Shown here: positions 9,176 through 19,094 of the stretch, one piece after another
Layout of the letters: every line of letters begins with the position of its first letter
How positions within the stretch are numbered: the first letter of the stretch is position 1
Source of the DNA: Candidatus Hydrogenedentota bacterium
GTDB lineage: Bacteria; Hydrogenedentota; Hydrogenedentia; Hydrogenedentales; SLHB01
Assembly (NCBI GenBank): GCA_963745075.1
Contig: CAVUWV010000010.1
Coordinates: 416,001-480,000, forward strand
Reading direction: 5' to 3'
DNA length: 64,000 nt
The notes under the pieces: model-generated
Databases searched by the model: none
Told to the model about the DNA's origin: nothing
Seen by the model: the letters and a program-made list of their open reading frames with translations, nothing else
Translations under genes and position numbers: made by a program

Positions 9176-10762
9176 TTACCCCGTCATGCCACGGGAGCGC
9201 AGCAGCTTGTAATCGATGCTGTCAACCAGGGCTTCGTACGACGCGATGATGATGTTCTCGGATACCCCGACCGTGTCCCACTCCATCTGCCCGTCGGAGG
9301 ATTCGATGAGGACGCGCGTCTTCGCCTTGGTCGCAGCGCGTGCGTCGAGGATACGCACCTTGTAGTCCTCGAGGTGCACTTCGTTCAACTCGGGATAGGT
9401 GCCATCGAGGGCCTTCCGCAGCGCATTGTTCAACGCGTCGACCGGGCCAGCGCCTTCGCCGACGGTATGCTTAATGGCGCCGTCCGGCAATTCGATCTTG
9501 ACCGTCGCTTCCGACACGCCCTCGGGTTCACCGTTGCGTCGTTCCACGGTAACGCGCAGGCCGTGCAGTTTGAAGAAGGATCGATGCTCGCCTTTCGCGC
9601 GGAGGATCAGCAGTTCGAGCGATGCGTCGGCGCCTTCGAATTCATAACCCTGGTTTTCCATTTCCTTCACGCGTTTCAACACAGCCTTGGTTTCGGGTGC
9701 GTCGCGGTCGAGTTCGATCCCGAAATCCGCGGCCTTTTGCAACAGGCTCGATCGGCCGGACACTTCACTCACGGAAATGTGGGTGCGATTCCCGACCAGC
9801 TCCGGCGGGATATGTTCGTAACTCGTCTTGAGCTTCTTCACCGCATCCGCGTGCATGCCGCCCTTGTGGGTGAAAGCGTCGCGTCCCACGTAAGGGTCGG
9901 AGTCCCGGGGGATCATGTTTGACAACTCGGCCAGCAGGTGGGAGAGCGGCGCGAGGCTCTCGAGCTGCGTCGGCGTTACAACCGGCAAGGCGAGTTTCAA
10001 TTGCAGCGCCGGGATGATGGTGCACAGATTGGCGTTCCCCGTGCGTTCGCCGTAACCGTTGATGGTGCCTTGCACGTGGACGGCGCCTTCTTCGACCGCC
10101 GCCAGCGTGTTGGCAACCGCGCAGCCGCTGTCGTTGTGGGTGTGGATGCCGATGGCGGCTTCGGGCAACCGTTCGCGAACCGACCGCGTGATGCGGGAAA
10201 TCTCGGACGGGAGACGGCCCCCGTTGGTGTCGCACAGTACGAGGACTTCGGCGCCCGCGCGAAATCCGGCTTCGAGGACGGACAGGGCGTATCCGTCGTC
10301 TTCGCAGTAGCCGTCGAAGAAATGTTCCGCATCCAGGATCACGCGGCGTCCCTGAGATTTCAGGTACGCCACGGATTCGGCCGTGAGCCGCAGGTTCTCG
10401 TCCAACGACACGCGCAGAATGTGCTTCGCGTGAGTCGGCGAGGACTTGGCGAAGATCGTGATGACTTCCGTTTCGGCGTCCAGAAGGGCCTTCAAATTCG
10501 CGTCGTCTTCCACCGCCGATTTGGGATGGCGCGTGCTGCCGAATGCGGCCATCTTTGCATGCTTGAGTTCCATGTCGCGCGTGCGGGCGAACAGTTCAGC
10601 GGCTTTCGGATTGGACGCGGGTTGACCGCCTTCAATGTAGGAAATGCCAAAATCGTCCAGCGCTTTGACCACCCGGATCTGATCTTCGGCGGAAAACTTG
10701 ACGAGACGCCCCTGGGCGCCGTCGCGTAATGTGGTGTCATAAATTTCTATGCGGGTCGACAC
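9176..10762 (-). CDS. cimA: Citramalate synthase
   Basis: YDTTLRDGAQ, DAEHFFDG, LCDTNGG, HTHND, GYGERTGNANL, HKGGMH, LeuA-type regulatory domain. Confidence 0.92.
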   Translation of the reverse strand: MSTRIEIYDTTLRDGAQGRLVKFSAEDQIRVVKALDDFGISYIEGGQPASNPKAAELFARTRDMELKHAKMAAFGSTRHPKSAVEDDANLKALLDAETEVITIFAKSSPTHAKHILRVSLDENLRLTAESVAYLKSQGRRVILDAEHFFDGYCEDDGYALSVLEAGFRAGAEVLVLCDTNGGRLPSEISRITRSVRERLPEAAIGIHTHNDSGCAVANTLAAVEEGAVHVQGTINGYGERTGNANLCTIIPALQLKLALPVVTPTQLESLAPLSHLLAELSNMIPRDSDPYVGRDAFTHKGGMHADAVKKLKTSYEHIPPELVGNRTHISVSEVSGRSSLLQKAADFGIELDRDAPETKAVLKRVKEMENQGYEFEGADASLELLILRAKGEHRSFFKLHGLRVTVERRNGEPEGVSEATVKIELPDGAIKHTVGEGAGPVDALNNALRKALDGTYPELNEVHLEDYKVRILDARAATKAKTRVLIESSDGQMEWDTVGVSENIIIASYEALVDSIDYKLLRSRGMTG

Positions 10763-10861
10763 GTTGGTACTCTCCTGACTAGGCGTTTCTCCTCAACGGG
10801 CTTATGCATACCCGGCGTCCCGGGGGATACCCTGTCTGACGGCCGGCGCGGGAGGCTGGAA

Positions 10862-12094
10862 TTATTTTGAAATGGCGCCCGCTTCCACCCGTGCCGATTG
10901 TATCATAAACGGCACCAGCTCGTGTCCGGTGGGGAAGAGGAGGCCCGTGTCCCGCGCGGCCGTCTCACTGTAACGCGTCGCGTCGTCGGGAACGACCCCG
11001 GGACCGCACATGGCGAAAGGTACGGAACCGCCCGCGTGGGTTCGGGTGGACAAGGCCGTCACGTGGTCCGGTGCAACGAGAATGCGAACGTCGCCGCGAC
11101 TCGCGGCATACTCGAGGCACGGCGCCACCACGTTCCGATCGAAATCCTCGATGGCCTGCAATTTGAGATCGAGGCGTCCTTCGTGGGCCGTCTCGTCGGG
11201 GGCTTCCACATGCAGGTACACAAAATCCAATCGCTCGAGGGCATCGAGCGCCGCGCGCACCTTGCCCGCGTAGTCGGTATCGAGATAGCCGGTCGCGCCG
11301 GGGACCTGCAAGGCCTCCATGCCTGCACATATGCCTATGCCGTTAACTAGGTCAACAGCAGAAACTACCGCGCCGCGGATCCCGAAGCGTTCGTGGAACG
11401 GCGCCATGACCGGGGAGCGGCCTTGGCCCCATAGCCAGATGCTTGTCGCAGGTGGCTTGCCCGCCTCAATCCGGGCGCGGTTCACAGCATGTCCATCGAG
11501 GGTCGCCCGGGAGCGCGTCATGAGCTCGCTGAGAAACGCCCCGGCGCCACCATCCGGAAGATGGGGGCGATAGCGCTGGTCCGAAATGTTATGGGGAGGC
11601 GTGCACACCGTCTCCGCAAGGTCTTCCAGGGGCACGGTAGAGGCTTGGATGATCGCGAGATGGCGGTAGCCGACACCGGAGTGAAAGCGGATATCGCCAT
11701 TCGGGAAGCTCTCATTCAGGGTGGCGATGAGTTCGGCCCCTTCGTCGGAGGAAATGTGCCCCGCCGTAAAGCTTTTCATAACATCGTCTTGGAGTGTCAC
11801 GAGGTTGCAGCGGAATGCAACCTCATTCTCGGCGAGCAGGATTCCCTGGCGGGCCGCTTCGAGGGGTGCGCGCCCCGTGTAGGTGACCTTGGGGTCGTAG
11901 CCGAATACGGAGAGATTGCCGACGTCGCTGCCCGGGGGAAGGTCCTCCGGGATGGGGTTGAACAAGGCGCAGAGCCCTTGCTTAGCGACTTCGTCCATCG
12001 CTGGGGTATGGGCTGCTTCGAGGGGGGTACGGCCTTTCAGTTCGGCTACTGGGAAGTCGGCCATGCCGTCTCCGAGCAAGACGAGGAATTTCAA
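10862..12094 (-). CDS. apgM: Cofactor-independent phosphoglycerate mutase (ApgM family)
   Basis: GDGMAD, GSDVGNLS, YTGRAPLEA, HVEAPDE, PDHVT; TTG start chosen from homolog-like N-terminus. Confidence 0.9.
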   Translation of the reverse strand: MKFLVLLGDGMADFPVAELKGRTPLEAAHTPAMDEVAKQGLCALFNPIPEDLPPGSDVGNLSVFGYDPKVTYTGRAPLEAARQGILLAENEVAFRCNLVTLQDDVMKSFTAGHISSDEGAELIATLNESFPNGDIRFHSGVGYRHLAIIQASTVPLEDLAETVCTPPHNISDQRYRPHLPDGGAGAFLSELMTRSRATLDGHAVNRARIEAGKPPATSIWLWGQGRSPVMAPFHERFGIRGAVVSAVDLVNGIGICAGMEALQVPGATGYLDTDYAGKVRAALDALERLDFVYLHVEAPDETAHEGRLDLKLQAIEDFDRNVVAPCLEYAASRGDVRILVAPDHVTALSTRTHAGGSVPFAMCGPGVVPDDATRYSETAARDTGLLFPTGHELVPFMIQSARVEAGAISK

Positions 12095-12310
12095 CGTAGA
12101 AGCCCTCCGGAGCACCGGGCTTGATCGGGTGCCACAATTAAGCGAAGATAGCATATTGCTAGAAGGGAAGTCAAGGCTATGTGGTTGGCTTTCTATGGAT
12201 TAGGAATATTGGATAAGCGCGCCGTGAAGGTGGATCGAAGTGGCGTTCGCGGCACTGGCTAAGTCTTTGGGGAATGTGGTATCCAAGCGTTTAGCTTGGG
12301 GGAGTAGCAT

Positions 12311-12976
12311 GTGATGGCCGACTTGTCTTTGGCCCTGGCGAAGCTGGAGAGCGCCGGGATTGACTTGGCAAATGACGTTGAGGACCGACTTTGTAAGCAC
12401 ATGGCGCTGGTCGGGGAATGGAGCCGTGTCGTGTCCCTGGTTTCCGTGTCGGATCTGGCGGAATTGGAGACGCGGCATGTCATCGATTCGTTGTCGTTGG
12501 TGCCCCTACTGGTGAATCGCGGGCTGACGCGGGGGTCATTGCTGGATATAGGGAGTGGGGGAGGTTTCCCGGCCATCCCTTTGGCCGTCGTTCTACCGGA
12601 ATGGCGTTTGGTCTTGCTCGAGCGGTCGGAACGGAAGGTGGGTTTCCTGCGCAAAGTCCACGGTGCGCTGGGTTTGGCAGGCGTGGAGGTGCGATGTGGG
12701 CAGTTCCCGAAGCATGCGTGGGACGTTGGGCCGGATGTGATTACCGCGCGGGCGGTGGAGAAGCCGGAGCGCATCGTCCGGGAAGCGGGCGTGTTTGTGG
12801 AGGCGGGGGCGCAATTGCTGTGTCAGGCGGGCGATCCGCGGGAACTGGCGCCCGAAATGTTTCACGTGGAACCTTCTGCCCAAAGGTTCCACGTGGAACA
12901 TTGGGAAGACGACTGGACCCGGGAAGGACTCCGCCGCGGCCAACTCTACGTCGTTTCTCCTGCAACTATCCCTTAA
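12311..12976 (+). CDS. rsmG: 16S rRNA m7G527 methyltransferase (GidB)
   Basis: RHVIDSL, LLDIGSGGGFPAIPLA, ERKVGFL, DVITARAV. Confidence 0.9.
   Translation: MMADLSLALAKLESAGIDLANDVEDRLCKHMALVGEWSRVVSLVSVSDLAELETRHVIDSLSLVPLLVNRGLTRGSLLDIGSGGGFPAIPLAVVLPEWRLVLLERSERKVGFLRKVHGALGLAGVEVRCGQFPKHAWDVGPDVITARAVEKPERIVREAGVFVEAGAQLLCQAGDPRELAPEMFHVEPSAQRFHVEHWEDDWTREGLRRGQLYVVSPATIP
12858..12873. promoter_or_regulatory. parS centromere-like site (copy 1)
   Basis: tgtttcacgtggaacc vs consensus TGTTTCACGTGAAACA. Confidence 0.85.
12885..12900. promoter_or_regulatory. parS centromere-like site (copy 2)
   Basis: ggttccacgtggaaca, 11 bp after copy 1. Confidence 0.85.
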
Positions 12977-14630
12977 GCCCGGTCAGCGTAACGCCTTGAA
13001 TAAACTGGCGCTGTGCCGCGAAGAACAGGACCATCACGGGCAAGGTCATCATGACCGACGCCGCCATCAGAATCTGATGGGCATTCACGTTCATCACCTG
13101 CAAGGAAAACAACCCCAAGCTTAACGGGTACAGCCGCTGATCGCTCAGATAAATAAGCGGTCCCATGAAGTCGTTCCAAACCGTCAAGAACGTGAATATC
13201 CCAATCGTCGCCAGCGCCGGCTTTACCAATGGCAGAATGATCCTTCGAAAAATCCCAAAGTAGCCGCAGCCGTCGATTCGCGCACTGTCTTCGAGATCCT
13301 TCGGTATCCCCAGCATGAACTGCCGGAGCAGGAAGATATAAAACGCGCTGCCGAACAGGGACATCACCCACAGCGGCTTCAGGGTGTTGTACCAGCCCAG
13401 CTCCTTGAAGATGAGGAACACGGGGATCATCGTTACCTGCGGCGGAATCATGAGGGTCGCCAACACGAGCACAAAACAGAAGTCCCGCGCCGGCCACCGC
13501 AACCGGGCGAAGGCATAGGCCACCAGCGACGATCCGAAGATCTGGCCCAGCACATTCAGAACCACCAGCAGCGTGCTGTTCCACGCGTACTTCTTCATTG
13601 GCGCCAGTCGCAAAGCCTCCCGGTAATTGTGGGTATATTTGTACCACGTCGCCAGCAGGTGGGGGGCGTGGGTGTACTTCAGCGTAATCCGGACCGTATG
13701 GGGATCGACGAGCGCCGACGGCCCGGTTTCCTTCAAGCGCAGCCAGTTCTTCATCTTGATGGAATCGTCGTCGGGGCTCGGGAACTGCCAAGTCAGGTCC
13801 TGCCACGTATCCGTACCCGCGAAGGCCTTCTCCGCGGACTCGAACTTCCGGCCGCCCACCTCGATGGTCGCATGAATGGGGTGCCAGGACCGATCGGCGT
13901 GATTCCCCACCACGATCTTCCGGAAATTCGCGAGGTCCATCTTCAACGGCACGGTCGTTTGCAGCGTGAACGATTTGTCGTTCTCAAAGGAGTAGTGAAC
14001 CTCCTGCGCGGGCCGCAATAACCCGGTCTCCCGCCGGATCAAGGTCGCGTCGCCGTCAACGACCTTCCAATCAAAGCCCGTGTCCCCGGTGGGATGCTCG
14101 ACGGTCAGGTCCCAGCCGTGAAGCGTAACCGTGGATACCGCGATCCGGCGATACACGGCGTCGAAGACCTCCCGCGCCAAGTCGGGTTTGACCGCGTCTG
14201 CAAACCACCGCGCGGCCTCGTCGGTTGGACGCGTGAAAACTTCGTTGGGAACCCGCCGGACCAACCGAGCATAGATCCCTTCCGCGAGCACAGGATTCGA
14301 CAGATTGGGACCAAAGAACGCCGGCAATTCGCCGCCAATCTTCTCGACGGCGCCGGAAATCGCTTCCTGCGCAACGGGACTGACCCGTTCCCAATCCTCC
14401 TCGGAAACCAGCCCTGGCCGAACGGGGCGCTCATTGATACGGATGCCGAAGTACGGCGACGTGACGACGCCATCGGGAATCTGCGGGATCCAGCGCGGCG
14501 GATACAACTCATCCGCGACCTTCGCGCTGGTGCTGAGCAGCCAGACGAAGGGAAACGCAAAGAGGATAGAACCCGCCAACAAAGCCGCGTGGGCAACGAC
14601 TCGTCGCGCGATGTACGCCAGTAGCTCCAC
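12966..14630 (-). CDS. Carbohydrate ABC transporter permease (MalG-like) with large extracytoplasmic insertion
   Basis: AYAFARL, EAA-like DLEDSARIDG, WNDFMGPLIYL; ~300-aa soluble segment after the first TM; GTG start just after the upstream stop. Confidence 0.85.
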   Translation of the reverse strand: MELLAYIARRVVAHAALLAGSILFAFPFVWLLSTSAKVADELYPPRWIPQIPDGVVTSPYFGIRINERPVRPGLVSEEDWERVSPVAQEAISGAVEKIGGELPAFFGPNLSNPVLAEGIYARLVRRVPNEVFTRPTDEAARWFADAVKPDLAREVFDAVYRRIAVSTVTLHGWDLTVEHPTGDTGFDWKVVDGDATLIRRETGLLRPAQEVHYSFENDKSFTLQTTVPLKMDLANFRKIVVGNHADRSWHPIHATIEVGGRKFESAEKAFAGTDTWQDLTWQFPSPDDDSIKMKNWLRLKETGPSALVDPHTVRITLKYTHAPHLLATWYKYTHNYREALRLAPMKKYAWNSTLLVVLNVLGQIFGSSLVAYAFARLRWPARDFCFVLVLATLMIPPQVTMIPVFLIFKELGWYNTLKPLWVMSLFGSAFYIFLLRQFMLGIPKDLEDSARIDGCGYFGIFRRIILPLVKPALATIGIFTFLTVWNDFMGPLIYLSDQRLYPLSLGLFSLQVMNVNAHQILMAASVMMTLPVMVLFFAAQRQFIQGVTLTGLKG

Positions 14631-14635
14631 CGCGG

Positions 14636-17099
14636 TCAGTCGCCTGACTCGTAGTGGACCCAGACCTTGCTGAGCCGCAACTGCACGATGGTTAAGACCA
14701 GGATGATGGCGAACAGTATCCACGCCATCGCCGAGGCGTAGCCCATCTTCATGTACCGGAACGCGTTGTTGAACAACGCGTAGACGTAGAACAGCGTCGC
14801 ATCCAGGGGGCCGCCCCGTGTCATGACGTAGGCCTGCGTGAAAATTTGGAAGGTACCGATGAGTCCCATGATGAGGTTGAACAGCACGTAGGGGCTCAGC
14901 ATGGGCAATGTCACGCTCCAGAACCGGCGGATCGGCCCTGCGCCGTCAATCTCCGCCGCCTCGTAAAGGTGCTTGGGAATGCCCTTGAGTCCCGCCAGCC
15001 AGATAATCATGCTGCCGCCCGCGCCCCAGACCAGCATGATGATCAGCGCGGGCTTTGCGATGTACTGGTTCTGGAGCCAGGCGGGGCCTTCGAGACCGAT
15101 CGAGCGGAGGAAGTTGTTCAGCACGCCCTCCTGCGGATTAAAAATCCAGAGCCAGAGAATCGACGCAGCCACGGCCGGCATGATCGCGGGCAGATAGAAG
15201 ATGGTGCGATAGAACGCCATGCCCCGGGTTTCGCTGCTCAGCAGCATGGCGATGGCCAGCCCGGCGATCATGGTCAACGGGATCGACAGCGCCATGAAGA
15301 GCGTGTTGTAGAGAGACTTATAGAACAAGGGGTCGTTGGTGAGAAGATCGACGTAGTTCTGGAAACCGACCCACTTGGGTGGCGACATGACGTCTGTACT
15401 GGCAAAAGCTCATGATGAGGGAGAAGAAAATCGGGCCGCCGCCGAAGACCAAAAAGCCGATAAACCACGGCGAGGCAAAGGCATAGCCGGCATGAAACTC
15501 CTTGCGGAAATACCCGCTCGCCTGCACGCGGCGGGACGCTATCCAGTAGACCGCGGCCGTCCCCAGGAGCAACAGGACAAGATATCCAATCACCACCGGA
15601 CGCCAACTGATGACCGGATAGGCAACGGGATGGTTCAATTTGTCGAGTTCCGCCTGGACAATCGCCGTGCCGCGGTCGAGGGCGATCTTGGCGTTCTCGT
15701 GCACGTCGGGGTCGTACTGCTTGTAGATCCCCGATTCCATGGCCCGGACCTGCTCGTTCCAGAGCAATTGACCCACGGGTGTCACCGGCCGGAATTTTGA
15801 AAAGGGCATGGCCTCGATGAACACTCGCTTGGCGACTTTGAATCGCTCCGCTACTGATGGAACACTATATAAGTATTTCTGCATCGCCCATTCGGTGATG
15901 TCGCGCCGCGCGCTCATTCGGGGGATGTACACGTTGCCCGCCGCGTTGCTGAGCTGCTTGCCCGCGTCGGCCTTGATTTCAAAGGCCCGTTGCGAGGAGA
16001 GGTACTTGATAAACTCCCAGGCTTCGCGCGGATGTTTGCAGCCCCGGGGGACGATGTAGGCGAACCCGCCGCACCAGCCGAGCTGCTGTTTCCCCTTGGG
16101 CGCAGGGGCCAACGCGACACCAATTCGCATATCGCGCCGCTTGTTGGCGATGTCGGTGAGGTAGTAGTCCCCGTCGATTTTCATGGCAATCTTGTCGGAC
16201 AGGAAGGGATCGAGATTGCCCCCCATGGCGCTGCTCTGGAAGGCGATGACCTTCTCGGCGCCGCCCATGATGTCGTAGAGTTCGGTCATGTAGGCGAGCG
16301 ACTCCACGATCCGGGGATCGTTCAGGGTGCACGTCTTGCCGTCGGCGCTCATGAACTTGCCGCCGTTGAGCCAGCCGTAGATATAGAGCCAGGAGTTGCC
16401 GAAATTGGGGCTGTGCGGCAAGAACCCAATGCGGACCAGGTCGCCTTGCGCGTTGAATTCCGTGAGGATGCGCGTGGCGTCCTTCAGTTGCTCCCAGGTG
16501 CGGGGCGGGCCCGGTTTGGTGGGGTCCTCGGGATCCACGCAACCTACGGCGATCAATTCATCGGCGTGCTTGTCGAGGATGTCCTTGTTGTAGAAGAGGG
16601 CGCGGTTGTCCGTGTCGTCGGGAACGGCATACAGCGTGCCGTGATACTGGCTTTCCTGCCAGCAGGCGTCGAAAAAGTCCTTGGGATGGAGCGTAAAAGG
16701 GTCGTCGGGACGTTCCTTGAGGTCCTCATCGAGGTACGGCTGGAGCGAGACAAAGGCGCCGCGCGACGCCCATTCGCCCACGGCGAAGCGGTCGAACCAC
16801 ACCACATCCGGCGGGTCGCCGCCGGCGATGGAACACAACAAGCGTTGCGGGTCGCCGGTGCGATCGATGGTCGCGCTTTGACCCAGGATGACTTTGATCG
16901 CGGGTTTGCCGTCGCTACCGTCGTGCAGGACTTGGAACTGTTGAATGAGATCGAGCGCGACGAGAACGTCGTTCTCGAGGGCGATGTCGTTCCCCCAATA
17001 ATAGAGCGTTACCGGTTCGGCGGACCAAGCAGCCGCGCACATGAGAAGACCGGCTCCCATCCGTGCGAGCCGCGTCGTCAGTAGCGTATGTCGAATCAT
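14636..17099 (-). CDS. Fused extracellular solute-binding protein + MalF-like permease, interrupted by a 1-nt insertion at 15395
   Basis: SBP motifs (GDPPDV, LFYNKD) then permease (GYAFASPWFIGF, LYEAAEIDGA); deleting base 15395 gives the continuous reading SFCQYDVMSPPKWVG. Confidence 0.85.
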
Positions 17100-17280
17100 C
17101 GCGTTGGCTCCCCTCGCGATCGGAGGGCATCAAACCACACGGTCGCGCGGGAAAGCAAACGGGAAACGCCGAATGTGCCCGTTACCGGCAAATGAACGCG
17201 ACGTTATTCTGAGCGCGGACCACGCCGCGAGCGTGGTTGTTGGCGGCGAGAACAGTCGAGCATGTTGCGACATACATCAC

Positions 17281-17385
17281 TCTCGAAATCGGGATCGAAA
17301 TCGGGATCGAAATCGAAATCGGAATCGAGAGCACTTGGCGCTTTCCACTTCGATTCCGATCCCGATAGCGATCCCGATTTCGAGA
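17281..17385. repeat. Inverted arrays of ATCG-based hexamers forming a long hairpin
   Basis: tctcgaaatcgggatcg... facing ...cgatcccgatttcgaga. Confidence 0.8.
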
Positions 17386-17492
17386 TTCGTTTGCGTTACA
17401 GCCGCATGTGACTGTTCTTCCGCGTATTCGCCGAGTTCTAAGCGCGGTCCGCCGCTCAGAATGACGGCGTCCATCCGGTTCGAGGATAGCTT

Positions 17493-18029
17493 TCAGTTCG
17501 CAATATCGCGCGAGATGTTCTGCGGCCGGCCGGCGTACTGAATCAGTTGGGCCTGTGAAACCGGCAGCAGGAAGGGAGGCCCGTCACCGAACTGGAGGTA
17601 GAAGCGATCCGTTTGCCCTTGGTCCGGCGACGGCGGTAACGCGGGATGCCGCGGATCTAACGAGAACCACGTGAGCCGGCCGTTCTCAAACCGGTACTGG
17701 AAATAGACGTCCGCCGCATCCTTCAAGCCGCCCTTGTGCGCGGTGCCGCCGAGGGACTGCATCAAGTCATCGTTCAAGTCGGACAACGCGTAGGCGGTAC
17801 CTTGTATGAAAACTTTCACCGGTGGCAGCGGCGAGGTGTCATCCGGCGCGCGCCACATAAACACGCGATAGTACTCTGTGCCGAAGGCGCCATCCGCGTG
17901 GCCGACAAAGGTCACGGGGCCGGGATACGTCGCGCGGTATTGCAGGATGCCGCGAATCGGAATCCACGCCAGAACCCCGAGGACGACGATTACAGCGAGC
18001 ACGATGGCGGTCAACGTTCTGGGTCGCAT
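17493..18029 (-). CDS. Hypothetical protein with N-terminal TM/signal anchor
   Basis: GGAG RBS, hydrophobic N-terminus, typical codon usage. Confidence 0.65.
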   Translation of the reverse strand: MRPRTLTAIVLAVIVVLGVLAWIPIRGILQYRATYPGPVTFVGHADGAFGTEYYRVFMWRAPDDTSPLPPVKVFIQGTAYALSDLNDDLMQSLGGTAHKGGLKDAADVYFQYRFENGRLTWFSLDPRHPALPPSPDQGQTDRFYLQFGDGPPFLLPVSQAQLIQYAGRPQNISRDIAN

Positions 18030-18190
18030 GGCGGTTTCTCCGGAGACCTTCGCGTCTCAGGATACACGAACTTTGGGGGCGGATTGTTGTTTCGGCGCTC
18101 CGTCCATCGCGTCCATTGCGTCCATGGCAACGCGCCCCGTGCGGTCGCGGTGGCAGCAGGTGGGAAGACTTGCTCTCCGGAAGAGGCCCC

Positions 18191-18859
18191 CTACCGCTCG
18201 ATATGCCGCGACAGGTCTTGGGGAAGATCGAAACTGTTGAACGGTGTCGCGTCTCGTCCGAATGTGCGTGAGACCTTGTTCGTATCGAGCACGCTGAACG
18301 AAAGGATCAACATCAGGAAGGTCGTCAGGATCAGACCGAGCAAGGCAATCGGGATGCCCAGGTTCCGCGCGGGGGCCGCCGCTTCGGCCGTGCCGCCGCC
18401 GGTGGGGTCGGTGTACGCCGTTTGCAGAAAGCCAAACACGAACTCGGAGAGCGCGAGCCCATACAACGCCGTCAACAACGCCACCGCCAGTCCGCCCCCG
18501 ATCTTGCCGGGGTCGTCCAGCGTCGTCAGCATTTGGATGACGCCCATGAGGCTGCCAATTACGCCCGAGGCGACGGCGAACCGGCTCCCGCTCCGCGCGA
18601 TCGCGGCGTACCGCGGATTCGGCGGAACCTTGACGAGAAAGAACGTGAGGAAGGCGTCCCCGCAGAAGCGGAGAAAATCTTCCCCGTGTAGCGCAGTCAG
18701 GAGCGCAAAGGTGAGTCCCAATACAAGAAGAATCGATGGGACGTTAACGAAGATCCCTGGAGCGCCACCCAACCAAACCACAACGATGAGGAACAGAATC
18801 GCTACGACGGTACCTGCCAACCGACAAACTGAGAACTTCCGAGAATTGTTCGCGGTCAT
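18191..18859 (-). CDS. MotA/TolQ/ExbB proton-channel family membrane protein
   Basis: FVNVPSILLVLG, GVIGSLMGVIQML..LDDP, GLAVALLTALYG; GGAGGA RBS. Confidence 0.75.
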   Translation of the reverse strand: MTANNSRKFSVCRLAGTVVAILFLIVVVWLGGAPGIFVNVPSILLVLGLTFALLTALHGEDFLRFCGDAFLTFFLVKVPPNPRYAAIARSGSRFAVASGVIGSLMGVIQMLTTLDDPGKIGGGLAVALLTALYGLALSEFVFGFLQTAYTDPTGGGTAEAAAPARNLGIPIALLGLILTTFLMLILSFSVLDTNKVSRTFGRDATPFNSFDLPQDLSRHIER

Positions 18860-19094
18860 TGTTTCGTCCTCCCTTGATGGCCCCTGCATTCCCCTGGCCG
18901 TAGTATACACCTATCGAGAGTGATTTCCGTCCCGGGAGTTCTGGTTGACTGAGTCCCTCAGAATACCGATGGATGGTGGCCAAACACGGGGTCAATCAGA
19001 AAGTACTGGACGGGAATCATTCCCGTCCTACAAGAACATCCGGATTCTGAGTACCGATTCGTGGAGTAGTACGAGCGAGTACGACCCCCGGTGC

